Below, piece by piece: positions 25,439-37,650 of a stretch of 64,000 bases of DNA. Source of the DNA: the human T2T-CHM13v2.0 reference genome, Homo sapiens; assembly GCF_009914755.1 (NCBI RefSeq), contig NC_060942.1; one strand, given 5' to 3'. The first letter of the stretch is position 1. Every line of letters begins with the position of its first letter. A program made the translations under genes and the position numbers. The notes beneath the pieces were generated by a model. It did no database searches, was not told the DNA's origin, and saw only the letters and a program-made list of their open reading frames with translations.

Positions 25439-26456
25439 CCCATAAAAACTAGACAGAAGCATTCTCAGAAACTTACTCGTGATGTGTGTCCTCAACTAAA
25501 GGAGTAGAACCTTTCTTTTCATAGAGAAGTTTTGAAACGCTCTTTTTGTGGAATCTGCAAGTGGATATTTGGCTAGTTTTGAGGATTTCGTTGGAAGCGG
25601 GAATTCATACAAATTGCAGACTGCAGCGTTCTGAGAAACATCTTTGTGATGTTTGTATTCAGGACACAGAGTTGAACATTCCCTATCATAGAGCAGGTTG
25701 GAATCACTCCTTTTGTAGTATCTGGAAGTGGACATTTGGAGCGCTTTCAGGCCTATGTTGGAAAAGGAAATATCTTCCCATAACAACTAGACAGAAGCAT
25801 TCTCAGAAACTTATTTGAGATGTGTGTACTCAACTAAGAGAATTGAACCACCGTTTTGAAGGAGCAGTTTTGAAACACTCTTTTTCTGGAATCTGCAAGA
25901 GTATATTTGCCTAGCCTTGAGGATTTCGTTGGAAACGGGATTGTCTTCAGAGAAAATCTAGACAGAAGCATTCTCAGAAACTTCTTTGGGATGTTTGCAT
26001 TCAAGTCACAGAGTAGAACATTCCCTTTGGTAGAGCAGGTTTGAAACACTCTTTTTGTAGTATCTGGAAGTGGACATTTGGAGCGCTTTCAGGCCTACGT
26101 TGGAAAAGGAAATATCTTCCCATAACAACTAGACAGAAGCATTCTCAGAAACTAGTTTCTGATGTGTGTCCTCAACTAACACAGTTGAACATTTCTTTAG
26201 ACAGAACAGTTTTGAAACACTCTTTTTGTGGAATCTGCAAGTGGCTATTTGGCTAGATTTGAGGATTTCGTTGGAAACGGGATTACATATAAAAAGCAGT
26301 CAGCAGCATTCTCAGAAAGTTATTTGTGATGATTGCATTCAAGTCACAGAATTGAACATTCCCTTTCACAGAGCAGGTTTGAAACACTCTTTTTGTAGTG
26401 TGTGTAAGTGGACATTTGGAGCACTTACCGGCCTAAGGTGAAAAAGGAAATATCTT
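25439..26456 (+). repeat. 6-mer HOR variant #2 (1018 bp)
   Basis: ORFs at 25496 then 26514; junction within 25792-25899. Confidence 0.96.
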
Positions 26457-29400
26457 CCCATAAAAACTAGACAGAAGCATTCTCAGAAACTTACTCGTGA
26501 TGTGTGTCCTCAACTAAAGGAGTAGAACCTTTCTTTTCATAGAGAAGTTTTGAAACGCTCTTTTTGTGGAATCTGCAAGTGGATATTTGGCTAGTTTTGA
26601 GGATTTCGTTGGAAGCGGGAATTCATACAAATTGCAGACTGCAGCGTTCTGAGAAACATCTTTGTGATGTTTGTATTCAGGACACAGAGTTGAACATTCC
26701 CTATCATAGAGCAGGTTTGAATCACTCCTTTTGTAGTATCTGGAAGTGGACATTTGGAGCGCTTTCAGGCCTATGTTGGAAAAGGAAATATCTTCCCATA
26801 ACAACTAGACAGAAGCATTCTCAGAAACTTATTTGAGATATGTGTACTCAACTAAGAGAATTGAACCACCGTTTTGAAGGAGCAGTTTTGAAACACTCTT
26901 TTTCTGGAATCTGCAAGTGGATATTTGGCTAGCTTTGGGGATTTCGCTGGAAGCGGGAATACATATAAAAAGCACACAGCAGCGTTCTGAGAAACTGCTT
27001 TCTGATGTTTGCATTCAAGTCAAAAGTTGAACACTCCCTTTCATAGAGCAGTCTTGAAACACCCCTTTTGTAGTATCTGGAACTGGACTTTTGGAGCGAT
27101 TTCAGGGCTAAGGTGAAAAAGGAAATATCTTCCCATAAAAACTGGACAGAAGCATTCTCAGAAACTTGGTTATGCTGTATCTACTCAACTAACAAAGTTG
27201 AACCTTTCTTTTGATAGAGCAGTTTTGAAATGGTCTTTTTGTGGAATCTGCAAGTGGATATTTGGCTAGTTTTGAGGATTTCGTTGGAAGCGGGAATTCA
27301 TACAAATTGCAGACTGCAGCGTTCTGAGAAACATCTTTGTGATGTTTGTATTCAGGACACAGAGTTGAACATTCCCTATCATAGAGCAGGTTGGAATCAC
27401 TCCTTTTGTAGTATCTGGAAGTGGACATTTGGAGCGCTTTCAGGCCTATTTTGGAAAGGGAAATATCTTCCCGTAACAACTATGCAGAAGCATTCTCAGA
27501 AACTTGTTTGTGATGTGTGCCCTCTACTGACAGAGTTGAACCTTTCTTTTCATAGAGCAGTTTTGAAACACTCTTTTTGTAGAATCTGCAAGAGGATATT
27601 TGCATAGCTTTGAGGATTTCGTGGGAAACGGGATTGTCTTCAGGTAAAATCTAGACAGAAGCATTCTCAGAAACTTCTTTGGGATGTTTGCATTCAAGTC
27701 ACAGAGTAGAACATTCCCTTTGGTAGAGCAGGTTTGAAACACTCTTTTTGTAGTATCTGGAAGTGGACATTTGGAGCGCTTTCAGGCCCATGTTGGAAAG
27801 GGAAATATCTTCCCGTAACAACTAGGCAGAAGCATTCTCAGAAACTTATTTGAGATGTGTGTACTCAACTAAGAGAATTGAACCACCGTTTTGAAGGAGC
27901 AGTTTTGAAACACTCTTTTTCTGGAATCTGCAAGAGTATATTTGCCTAGCCTTGAGGATTTCGTTGGAAACGGGATTGTCTTCAGAGAAAATCTAGACAG
28001 AAGCATTCTCAGAAACTTCTTTGGGATGTTTGCATTCAAGTCACAGAGTAGAACATTCCCTTTGGTAGAGCAGGTTTGAAACACTCTTTTTTTAGTATCT
28101 GGAAGTGGACATTTGGAGCGCTTTCAGGCCTACGTTGGAAAAGGAAATATCTTCCCATAACAACTAGACAGAAGCATTCTCAGAAACTAGTTTCTGATGT
28201 GTGTCCTCAACTAACACAGTTGAACATTTCTTTAGACAGAACAGTTTTGAAACACTCTTTTTGTGGAATCTGCAAGTGGCTATTTGGCTAGATTTGAGGA
28301 TTTCGTTGGAAACGGGATTACATATAAAAAGCAGTCAGCAGCATTCTCAGAAAGTTCTTTGTGATGATTGCATTCAAGTCACAGAATTGAACATTCCCTT
28401 TCACAGAGCAGGTTTGAAACACTCTTTTTGTAGTGTGTGTAAGTGGACATTTGGAGCACTTACCGGCCTAAGGTGAAAAAGGAAATATCTTCCCATAAAA
28501 ACTAGACAGAAGCATTCTCAGAAACTTACTCGTGATGTGTGTCCTCAACTAAAGGAGTAGAACCTTTCTTTTCATAGAGAAGTTTTGAAACGCTCTTTTT
28601 GTGGAATCTGCAAGTGGATATTTGGCTAGTTTTGAGGATTTCGTTGGAAGCGGGAATTCATACAAATTGCAGACTGCAGCGTTCTGAGAAACATCTTTGT
28701 GATGTTTGTATTCAGGACACAGAGTTGAACATTCCCTATCATAGAGCAGGTTGGAATCACTCCTTTTGTAGTATCTGGAAGTGGACATTTGGAGCGCTTT
28801 CAGGCCTATGTTGGAAAAGGAAATATCTTCCCATAACAACTAGACAGAAGCATTCTCAGAAACTTATTTGAGATGTGTGTACTCAACTAAGAGAATTGAA
28901 CCACCGTTTTGAAGGAGCAGTTTTGAAACACTCTTTTTCTGGAATCTGCAAGTGGATATTTGGCTAGCTTTGGGGATTTCGCTGGAAGCGGGAATACATA
29001 TAAAAAGCACACAGCAGCGTTCTGAGAAACTGCTTTCTGATGTTTGCATTCAAGTCAAAAGTTGAACACTCCCTTTCATAGAGCAGTCTTGAAACACCCC
29101 TTTTGTAGTATCTGGAACTGGACTTTTGGAGCGATTTCAGGGCTAAGGTGAAAAAGGAAATATCTTCCCATAAAAACTGGACAGAAGCATTCTCAGAAAC
29201 TTGGTTATGCTGTATCTACTCAACTAACAAAGTTGAACCTTTCTTTTGATAGAGCAGTTTTGAAATGGTCTTTTTGTGGAATCTGCAAGTGGATATTTGG
29301 CTAGTTTTGAGGATTTCGTTGGAAGCGGGAATTCATACAAATTGCAGACTGCAGCGTTCTGAGAAACATCTTTGTGATGTTTGTATTCAGGACACAGAGT

Positions 29401-30526
29401 TGAACATTCCCTATCATAGAGCAGGTTGGAATCACTCCTTTTGTAGTATCTGGAAGTGGACATTTGGAGCGCTTTCAGGCCTATTTTGGAAAGGGAAATA
29501 TCTTCCCGTAACAACTATGCAGAAGCATTCTCAGAAACTTGTTTGTGATGTGTGCCCTCTACTGACAGAGTTGAACCTTTCTTTTCATAGAGCAGTTTTG
29601 AAACACTCTTTTTGTAGAATCTGCAAGAGGATATTTGCATAGCTTTGAGGATTTCGTGGGAAACGGGATTGTCTTCAGGTAAAATCTAGACAGAAGCATT
29701 CTCAGAAACTTCTTTGGGATGTTTGCATTCAAGTCACAGAGTAGAACATTCCCTTTGGTAGAGCAGGTTTGAAACACTCTTTTTGTAGTATCTGGAAGTG
29801 GACATTTGGAGCGCTTTCAGGCCCATGTTGGAAAGGGAAATATCTTCCCGTAACAACTAGGCAGAAGCATTCTCAGAAACTTATTTGAGATGTGTGTACT
29901 CAACTAAGAGAATTGAACCACCGTTTTGAAGGAGCAGTTTTGAAACACTCTTTTTCTGGAATCTGCAAGAGTATATTTGCCTAGCCTTGAGGATTTCGTT
30001 GGAAACGGGATTGTCTTCAGAGAAAATCTAGACAGAAGCATTCTCAGAAACTTCTTTGGGATGTTTGCATTCAAGTCACAGAGTAGAACATTCCCTTTGG
30101 TAGAGCAGGTTTGAAACACTCTTTTTGTAGTATCTGGAAGTGGACATTTGGAGCGCTTTCAGGCCTACGTTGGAAAAGGAAATATCTTCCCATAACAACT
30201 AGACAGAAGCATTCTCAGAAACTAGTTTCTGATGTGTGTCCTCAACTAACACAGTTGAACATTTCTTTAGACAGAACAGTTTTGAAACACTCTTTTTGTG
30301 GAATCTGCAAGTGGCTATTTGGCTAGATTTGAGGATTTCGTTGGAAACGGGATTACATATAAAAAGCAGTCAGCAGCATTCTCAGAAAGTTCTTTGTGAT
30401 GATTGCATTCAAGTCACAGAATTGAACATTCCCTTTCACAGAGCAGGTTTGAAACACTCTTTTTGTAGTGTGTGTAAGTGGACATTTGGAGCACTTACCG
30501 GCCTAAGGTGAAAAAGGAAATATCTT
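26457..30526 (+). repeat. Two 12-mer HORs (starts 26457, 28492)
   Basis: 2035-bp spacing. Confidence 0.97.
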
Positions 30527-31544
30527 CCCATAAAAACTAGACAGAAGCATTCTCAGAAACTTACTCGTGATGTGTGTCCTCAACTAAAGGAGTAGAACCT
30601 TTCTTTTCATAGAGAAGTTTTGAAACGCTCTTTTTGTGGAATCTGCAAGTGGATATTTGGCTAGTTTTGAGGATTTCGTTGGAAGCGGGAATTCATACAA
30701 ATTGCAGACTGCAGCGTTCTGAGAAACATCTTTGTGATGTTTGTATTCAGGACACAGAGTTGAACATTCCCTATCATAGAGCAGGTTGGAATCACTCCTT
30801 TTGTAGTATCTGGAAGTGGACATTTGGAGCGCTTTCAGGCCTATGTTGGAAAAGGAAATATCTTCCCATAACAACTAGACAGAAGCATTCTCAGAAACTT
30901 ATTTGAGATGTGTGTACTCAACTAAGAGAATTGAACCACCGTTTTGAAGGAGCAGTTTTGAAACACTCTTTTTCTGGAATCTGCAAGAGTATATTTGCCT
31001 AGCCTTGAGGATTTCGTTGGAAACGGGATTGTCTTCAGAGAAAATCTAGACAGAAGCATTCTCAGAAACTTCTTTGGGATGTTTGCATTCAAGTCACAGA
31101 GTAGAACATTCCCTTTGGTAGAGCAGGTTTGAAACACTCTTTTTGTAGTATCTGGAAGTGGACATTTGGAGCGCTTTCAGGCCTACGTTGGAAAAGGAAA
31201 TATCTTCCCATAACAACTAGACAGAAGCATTCTCAGAAACTAGTTTCTGATGTGTGTCCTCAACTAACACAGTTGAACATTTCTTTAGACAGAACAGTTT
31301 TGAAACACTCTTTTTGTGGAATCTGCAAGTGGCTATTTGGCTAGATTTGAGGATTTCGTTGGAAACGGGATTACATATAAAAAGCAGTCAGCAGCATTCT
31401 CAGAAAGTTCTTTGTGATGATTGCATTCAAGTCACAGAATTGAACATTCCCTTTCACAGAGCAGGTTTGAAACACTCTTTTTGTAGTGTGTGTAAGTGGA
31501 CATTTGGAGCACTTACCGGCCTAAGGTGAAAAAGGAAATATCTT
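30527..31544 (+). repeat. 6-mer HOR variant #3 (1018 bp)
   Basis: ORFs at 30584 then 31602; junction within 30880-30987. Confidence 0.96.
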
Positions 31545-33579
31545 CCCATAAAAACTAGACAGAAGCATTCTCAGAAACTTACTCGTGATGTGTGTCCTCA
31601 ACTAAAGGAGTAGAACCTTTCTTTTCATAGAGAAGTTTTGAAACGCTCTTTTTGTGGAATCTGCAAGTGGATATTTGGCTAGTTTTGAGGATTTCGTTGG
31701 AAGCGGGAATTCATACAAATTGCAGACTGCAGCGTTCTGAGAAACATCTTTGTGATGTTTGTATTCAGGACACAGAGTTGAACATTCCCTATCATAGAGC
31801 AGGTTTGAATCACTCCTTTTGTAGTATCTGGAAGTGGACATTTGGAGCGCTTTCAGGCCTATGTTGGAAAAGGAAATATCTTCCCATAACAACTAGACAG
31901 AAGCATTCTCAGAAACTTATTTGAGATGTGTGTACTCAACTAAGAGAATTGAACCACCGTTTTGAAGGAGCAGTTTTGAAACACTCTTTTTCTGGAATCT
32001 GCAAGTGGATATTTGGCTAGCTTTGGGGATTTCGCTGGAAGCGGGAATACATATAAAAAGCACACAGCAGCGTTCTGAGAAACTGCTTTCTGATGTTTGC
32101 ATTCAAGTCAAAAGTTGAACACTCCCTTTCATAGAGCAGTCTTGAAACACCCCTTTTGTAGTATCTGGAACTGGACTTTTGGAGCGATTTCAGGGCTAAG
32201 GTGAAAAAGGAAATATCTTCCCATAAAAACTGGACAGAAGCATTCTCAGAAACTTGGTTATGCTGTATCTACTCAACTAACAAAGTTGAACCTTTCTTTT
32301 GATAGAGCAGTTTTGAAATGGTCTTTTTGTGGAATCTGCAAGTGGATATTTGGCTAGTTTTGAGGATTTCGTTGAAAGCGGGAATTCATACAAATTGCAG
32401 ACTGCAGCGTTCTGAGAAACATCTTTGTGATGTTTGTATTCAGGACACAGAGTTGAACATTCCCTATCATAGAGCAGGTTGGAATCACTCCTTTTGTAGT
32501 ATCTGGAAGTGGACATTTGGAGCGCTTTCAGGCCTATTTTGGAAAGGGAAATATCTTCCCGTAACAACTATGCAGAAGCATTCTCAGAAACTTGTTTGTG
32601 ATGTGTGCCCTCTACTGACAGAGTTGAACCTTTCTTTTCATAGAGCAGTTTTGAAACACTCTTTTTGTAGAATCTGCAAGAGGATATTTGCATAGCTTTG
32701 AGGATTTCGTGGGAAACGGGATTGTCTTCAGGTAAAATCTAGACAGAAGCATTCTCAGAAACTTCTTTGGGATGTTTGCATTCAAGTCACAGAGTAGAAC
32801 ATTCCCTTTGGTAGAGCAGGTTTGAAACACTCTTTTTGTAGTATCTGGAAGTGGACATTTGGAGCGCTTTCAGGCCCATGTTGGAAAGGGAAATATCTTC
32901 CCGTAACAACTAGGCAGAAGCATTCTCAGAAACTTATTTGAGATGTGTGTACTCAACTAAGAGAATTGAACCACCGTTTTGAAGGAGCAGTTTTGAAACA
33001 CTCTTTTTCTGGAATCTGCAAGAGTATATTTGCCTAGCCTTGAGGATTTCGTTGGAAACGGGATTGTCTTCAGAGAAAATCTAGACAGAAGCATTCTCAG
33101 AAACTTCTTTGGGATGTTTGCATTCAAGTCACAGAGTAGAACATTCCCTTTGGTAGAGCAGGTTTGAAACACTCTTTTTGTAGTATCTGGAAGTGGACAT
33201 TTGGAGCGCTTTCAGGCCTACGTTGGAAAAGGAAATATCTTCCCATAACAACTAGACAGAAGCATTCTCAGAAACTAGTTTCTGATGTGTGTCCTCAACT
33301 AACACAGTTGAACATTTCTTTAGACAGAACAGTTTTGAAACACTCTTTTTGTGGAATCTGCAAGTGGCTATTTGGCTAGATTTGAGGATTTCGTTGGAAA
33401 CGGGATTACATATAAAAAGCAGTCAGCAGCATTCTCAGAAAGTTCTTTGTGATGATTGCATTCAAGTCACAGAATTGAACATTCCCTTTCACAGAGCAGG
33501 TTTGAAACACTCTTTTTGTAGTGTGTGTAAGTGGACATTTGGAGCACTTACCGGCCTAAGGTGAAAAAGGAAATATCTT

Positions 33580-34597
33580 CCCATAAAAACTAGACAGAAG
33601 CATTCTCAGAAACTTACTCGTGATGTGTGTCCTCAACTAAAGGAGTAGAACCTTTCTTTTCATAGAGAAGTTTTGAAACGCTCTTTTTGTGGAATCTGCA
33701 AGTGGATATTTGGCTAGTTTTGAGGATTTCGTTGGAAGCGGGAATTCATACAAATTGCAGACTGCAGCGTTCTGAGAAACATCTTTGTGATGTTTGTATT
33801 CAGGACACAGAGTTGAACATTCCCTATCATAGAGCAGGTTGGAATCACTCCTTTTGTAGTATCTGGAAGTGGACATTTGGAGCGCTTTCAGGCCTATGTT
33901 GGAAAAGGAAATATCTTCCCATAACAACTAGACAGAAGCATTCTCAGAAACTTATTTGAGATGTGTGTACTCAACTAAGAGAATTGAACCACCGTTTTGA
34001 AGGAGCAGTTTTGAAACACTCTTTTTCTGGAATCTGCAAGAGTATATTTGCCTAGCCTTGAGGATTTCGTTGGAAACGGGATTGTCTTCAGAGAAAATCT
34101 AGACAGAAGCATTCTCAGAAACTTCTTTGGGATGTTTGCATTCAAGTCACAGAGTAGAACATTCCCTTTGGTAGAGCAGGTTTGAAACACTCTTTTTGTA
34201 GTATCTGGAAGTGGACATTTGGAGCGCTTTCAGGCCTACGTTGGAAAAGGAAATATCTTCCCATAACAACTAGACAGAAGCATTCTCAGAAACTAGTTTC
34301 TGATGTGTGTCCTCAACTAACACAGTTGAACATTTCTTTAGACAGAACAGTTTTGAAACACTCTTTTTGTGGAATCTGCAAGTGGCTATTTGGCTAGATT
34401 TGAGGATTTCGTTGGAAACGGGATTACATATAAAAAGCAGTCAGCAGCATTCTCAGAAAGTTCTTTGTGATGATTGCATTCAAGTCACAGAATTGAACAT
34501 TCCCTTTCACAGAGCAGGTTTGAAACACTCTTTTTGTAGTGTGTGTAAGTGGACATTTGGAGCACTTACCGGCCTAAGGTGAAAAAGGAAATATCTT
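33580..34597 (+). repeat. 6-mer HOR variant #4 (1018 bp)
   Basis: ORFs at 33637 then 34655; junction within 33933-34040. Confidence 0.96.
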
Positions 34598-36632
34598 CCC
34601 ATAAAAACTAGACAGAAGCATTCTCAGAAACTTACTCGTGATGTGTGTCCTCAACTAAAGGAGTAGAACCTTTCTTTTCATAGAGAAGTTTTGAAACGCT
34701 CTTTTTGTGGAATCTGCAAGTGGATATTTGGCTAGTTTTGAGGATTTCGTTGGAAGCGGGAATTCATACAAATTGCAGACTGCAGCGTTCTGAGAAACAT
34801 CTTTGTGATGTTTGTATTCAGGACACAGAGTTGAACATTCCCTATCATAGAGCAGGTTTGAATCACTCCTTTTGTAGTATCTGGAAGTGGACATTTGGAG
34901 CGCTTTCAGGCCTATGTTGGAAAAGGAAATATCTTCCCATAACAACTAGACAGAAGCATTCTCAGAAACTTATTTGAGATGTGTGTACTCAACTAAGAGA
35001 ATTGAACCACCGTTTTGAAGGAGCAGTTTTGAAACACTCTTTTTCTGGAATCTGCAAGTGGATATTTGGCTAGCTTTGGGGATTTCGCTGGAAGCGGGAA
35101 TACATATAAAAAGCACACAGCAGCGTTCTGAGAAACTGCTTTCTGATGTTTGCATTCAAGTCAAAAGTTGAACACTCCCTTTCATAGAGCAGTCTTGAAA
35201 CACCCCTTTTGTAGTATCTGGAACTGGACTTTTGGAGCGATTTCAGGGCTAAGGTGAAAAAGGAAATATCTTCCCATAAAAACTGGACAGAAGCATTCTC
35301 AGAAACTTGGTTATGCTGTATCTACTCAACTAACAAAGTTGAACCTTTCTTTTGATAGAGCAGTTTTGAAATGGTCTTTTTGTGGAATCTGCAAGTGGAT
35401 ATTTGGCTAGTTTTGAGGATTTCGTTGGAAGCGGGAATTCATACAAATTGCAGACTGCAGCGTTCTGAGAAACATCTTTGTGATGTTTGTATTCAGGACA
35501 CAGAGTTGAACATTCCCTATCATAGAGCAGGTTGGAATCACTCCTTTTGTAGTATCTGGAAGTGGACATTTGGAGCGCTTTCAGGCCTATTTTGGAAAGG
35601 GAAATATCTTCCCGTAACAACTATGCAGAAGCATTCTCAGAAACTTGTTTGTGATGTGTGCCCTCTACTGACAGAGTTGAACCTTTCTTTTCATAGAGCA
35701 GTTTTGAAACACTCTTTTTGTAGAATCTGCAAGAGGATATTTGCATAGCTTTGAGGATTTCGTGGGAAACGGGATTGTCTTCAGGTAAAATCTAGACAGA
35801 AGCATTCTCAGAAACTTCTTTGGGATGTTTGCATTCAAGTCACAGAGTAGAACATTCCCTTTGGTAGAGCAGGTTTGAAACACTCTTTTTGTAGTATCTG
35901 GAAGTGGACATTTGGAGCGCTTTCAGGCCCATGTTGGAAAGGGAAATATCTTCCCGTAACAACTAGGCAGAAGCATTCTCAGAAACTTATTTGAGATGTG
36001 TGTACTCAACTAAGAGAATTGAACCACCGTTTTGAAGGAGCAGTTTTGAAACACTCTTTTTCTGGAATCTGCAAGAGTATATTTGCCTAGCCTTGAGGAT
36101 TTCGTTGGAAACGGGATTGTCTTCAGAGAAAATCTAGACAGAAGCATTCTCAGAAACTTCTTTGGGATGTTTGCATTCAAGTCACAGAGTAGAACATTCC
36201 CTTTGGTAGAGCAGGTTTGAAACACTCTTTTTGTAGTATCTGGAAGTGGACATTTGGAGCGCTTTCAGGCCTACGTTGGAAAAGGAAATATCTTCCCATA
36301 ACAACTAGACAGAAGCATTCTCAGAAACTAGTTTCTGATGTGTGTCCTCAACTAACACAGTTGAACATTTCTTTAGACAGAACAGTTTTGAAACACTCTT
36401 TTTGTGGAATCTGCAAGTGGCTATTTGGCTAGATTTGAGGATTTCGTTGGAAACGGGATTACATATAAAAAGCAGTCAGCAGCATTCTCAGAAAGTTCTT
36501 TGTGATGATTGCATTCAAGTCACAGAATTGAACATTCCCTTTCACAGAGCAGGTTTGAAACACTCTTTTTGTAGTGTGTGTAAGTGGACATTTGGAGCAC
36601 TTACCGGCCTAAGGTGAAAAAGGAAATATCTT

Positions 36633-37650
36633 CCCATAAAAACTAGACAGAAGCATTCTCAGAAACTTACTCGTGATGTGTGTCCTCAACTAAAGGAGTA
36701 GAACCTTTCTTTTCATAGAGAAGTTTTGAAACGCTCTTTTTGTGGAATCTGCAAGTGGATATTTGGCTAGTTTTGAGGATTTCGTTGGAAGCGGGAATTC
36801 ATACAAATTGCAGACTGCAGCGTTCTGAGAAACATCTTTGTGATGTTTGTATTCAGGACACAGAGTTGAACATTCCCTATCATAGAGCAGGTTGGAATCA
36901 CTCCTTTTGTAGTATCTGGAAGTGGACATTTGGAGCGCTTTCAGGCCTATGTTGGAAAAGGAAATATCTTCCCATAACAACTAGACAGAAGCATTCTCAG
37001 AAACTTATTTGAGATGTGTGTACTCAACTAAGAGAATTGAACCACCGTTTTGAAGGAGCAGTTTTGAAACACTCTTTTTCTGGAATCTGCAAGAGTATAT
37101 TTGCCTAGCCTTGAGGATTTCGTTGGAAACGGGATTGTCTTCAGAGAAAATCTAGACAGAAGCATTCTCAGAAACTTCTTTGGGATGTTTGCATTCAAGT
37201 CACAGAGTAGAACATTCCCTTTGGTAGAGCAGGTTTGAAACACTCTTTTTGTAGTATCTGGAAGTGGACATTTGGAGCGCTTTCAGGCCTACGTTGGAAA
37301 AGGAAATATCTTCCCATAACAACTAGACAGAAGCATTCTCAGAAACTAGTTTCTGATGTGTGTCCTCAACTAACACAGTTGAACATTTCTTTAGACAGAA
37401 CAGTTTTGAAACACTCTTTTTGTGGAATCTGCAAGTGGCTATTTGGCTAGATTTGAGGATTTCGTTGGAAACGGGATTACATATAAAAAGCAGTCAGCAG
37501 CATTCTCAGAAAGTTCTTTGTGATGATTGCATTCAAGTCACAGAATTGAACATTCCCTTTCACAGAGCAGGTTTGAAACACTCTTTTTGTAGTGTGTGTA
37601 AGTGGACATTTGGAGCACTTACCGGCCTAAGGTGAAAAAGGAAATATCTT
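36633..37650 (+). repeat. 6-mer HOR variant #5 (1018 bp)
   Basis: ORFs at 36690 then 37708; junction within 36986-37093. Confidence 0.96.
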
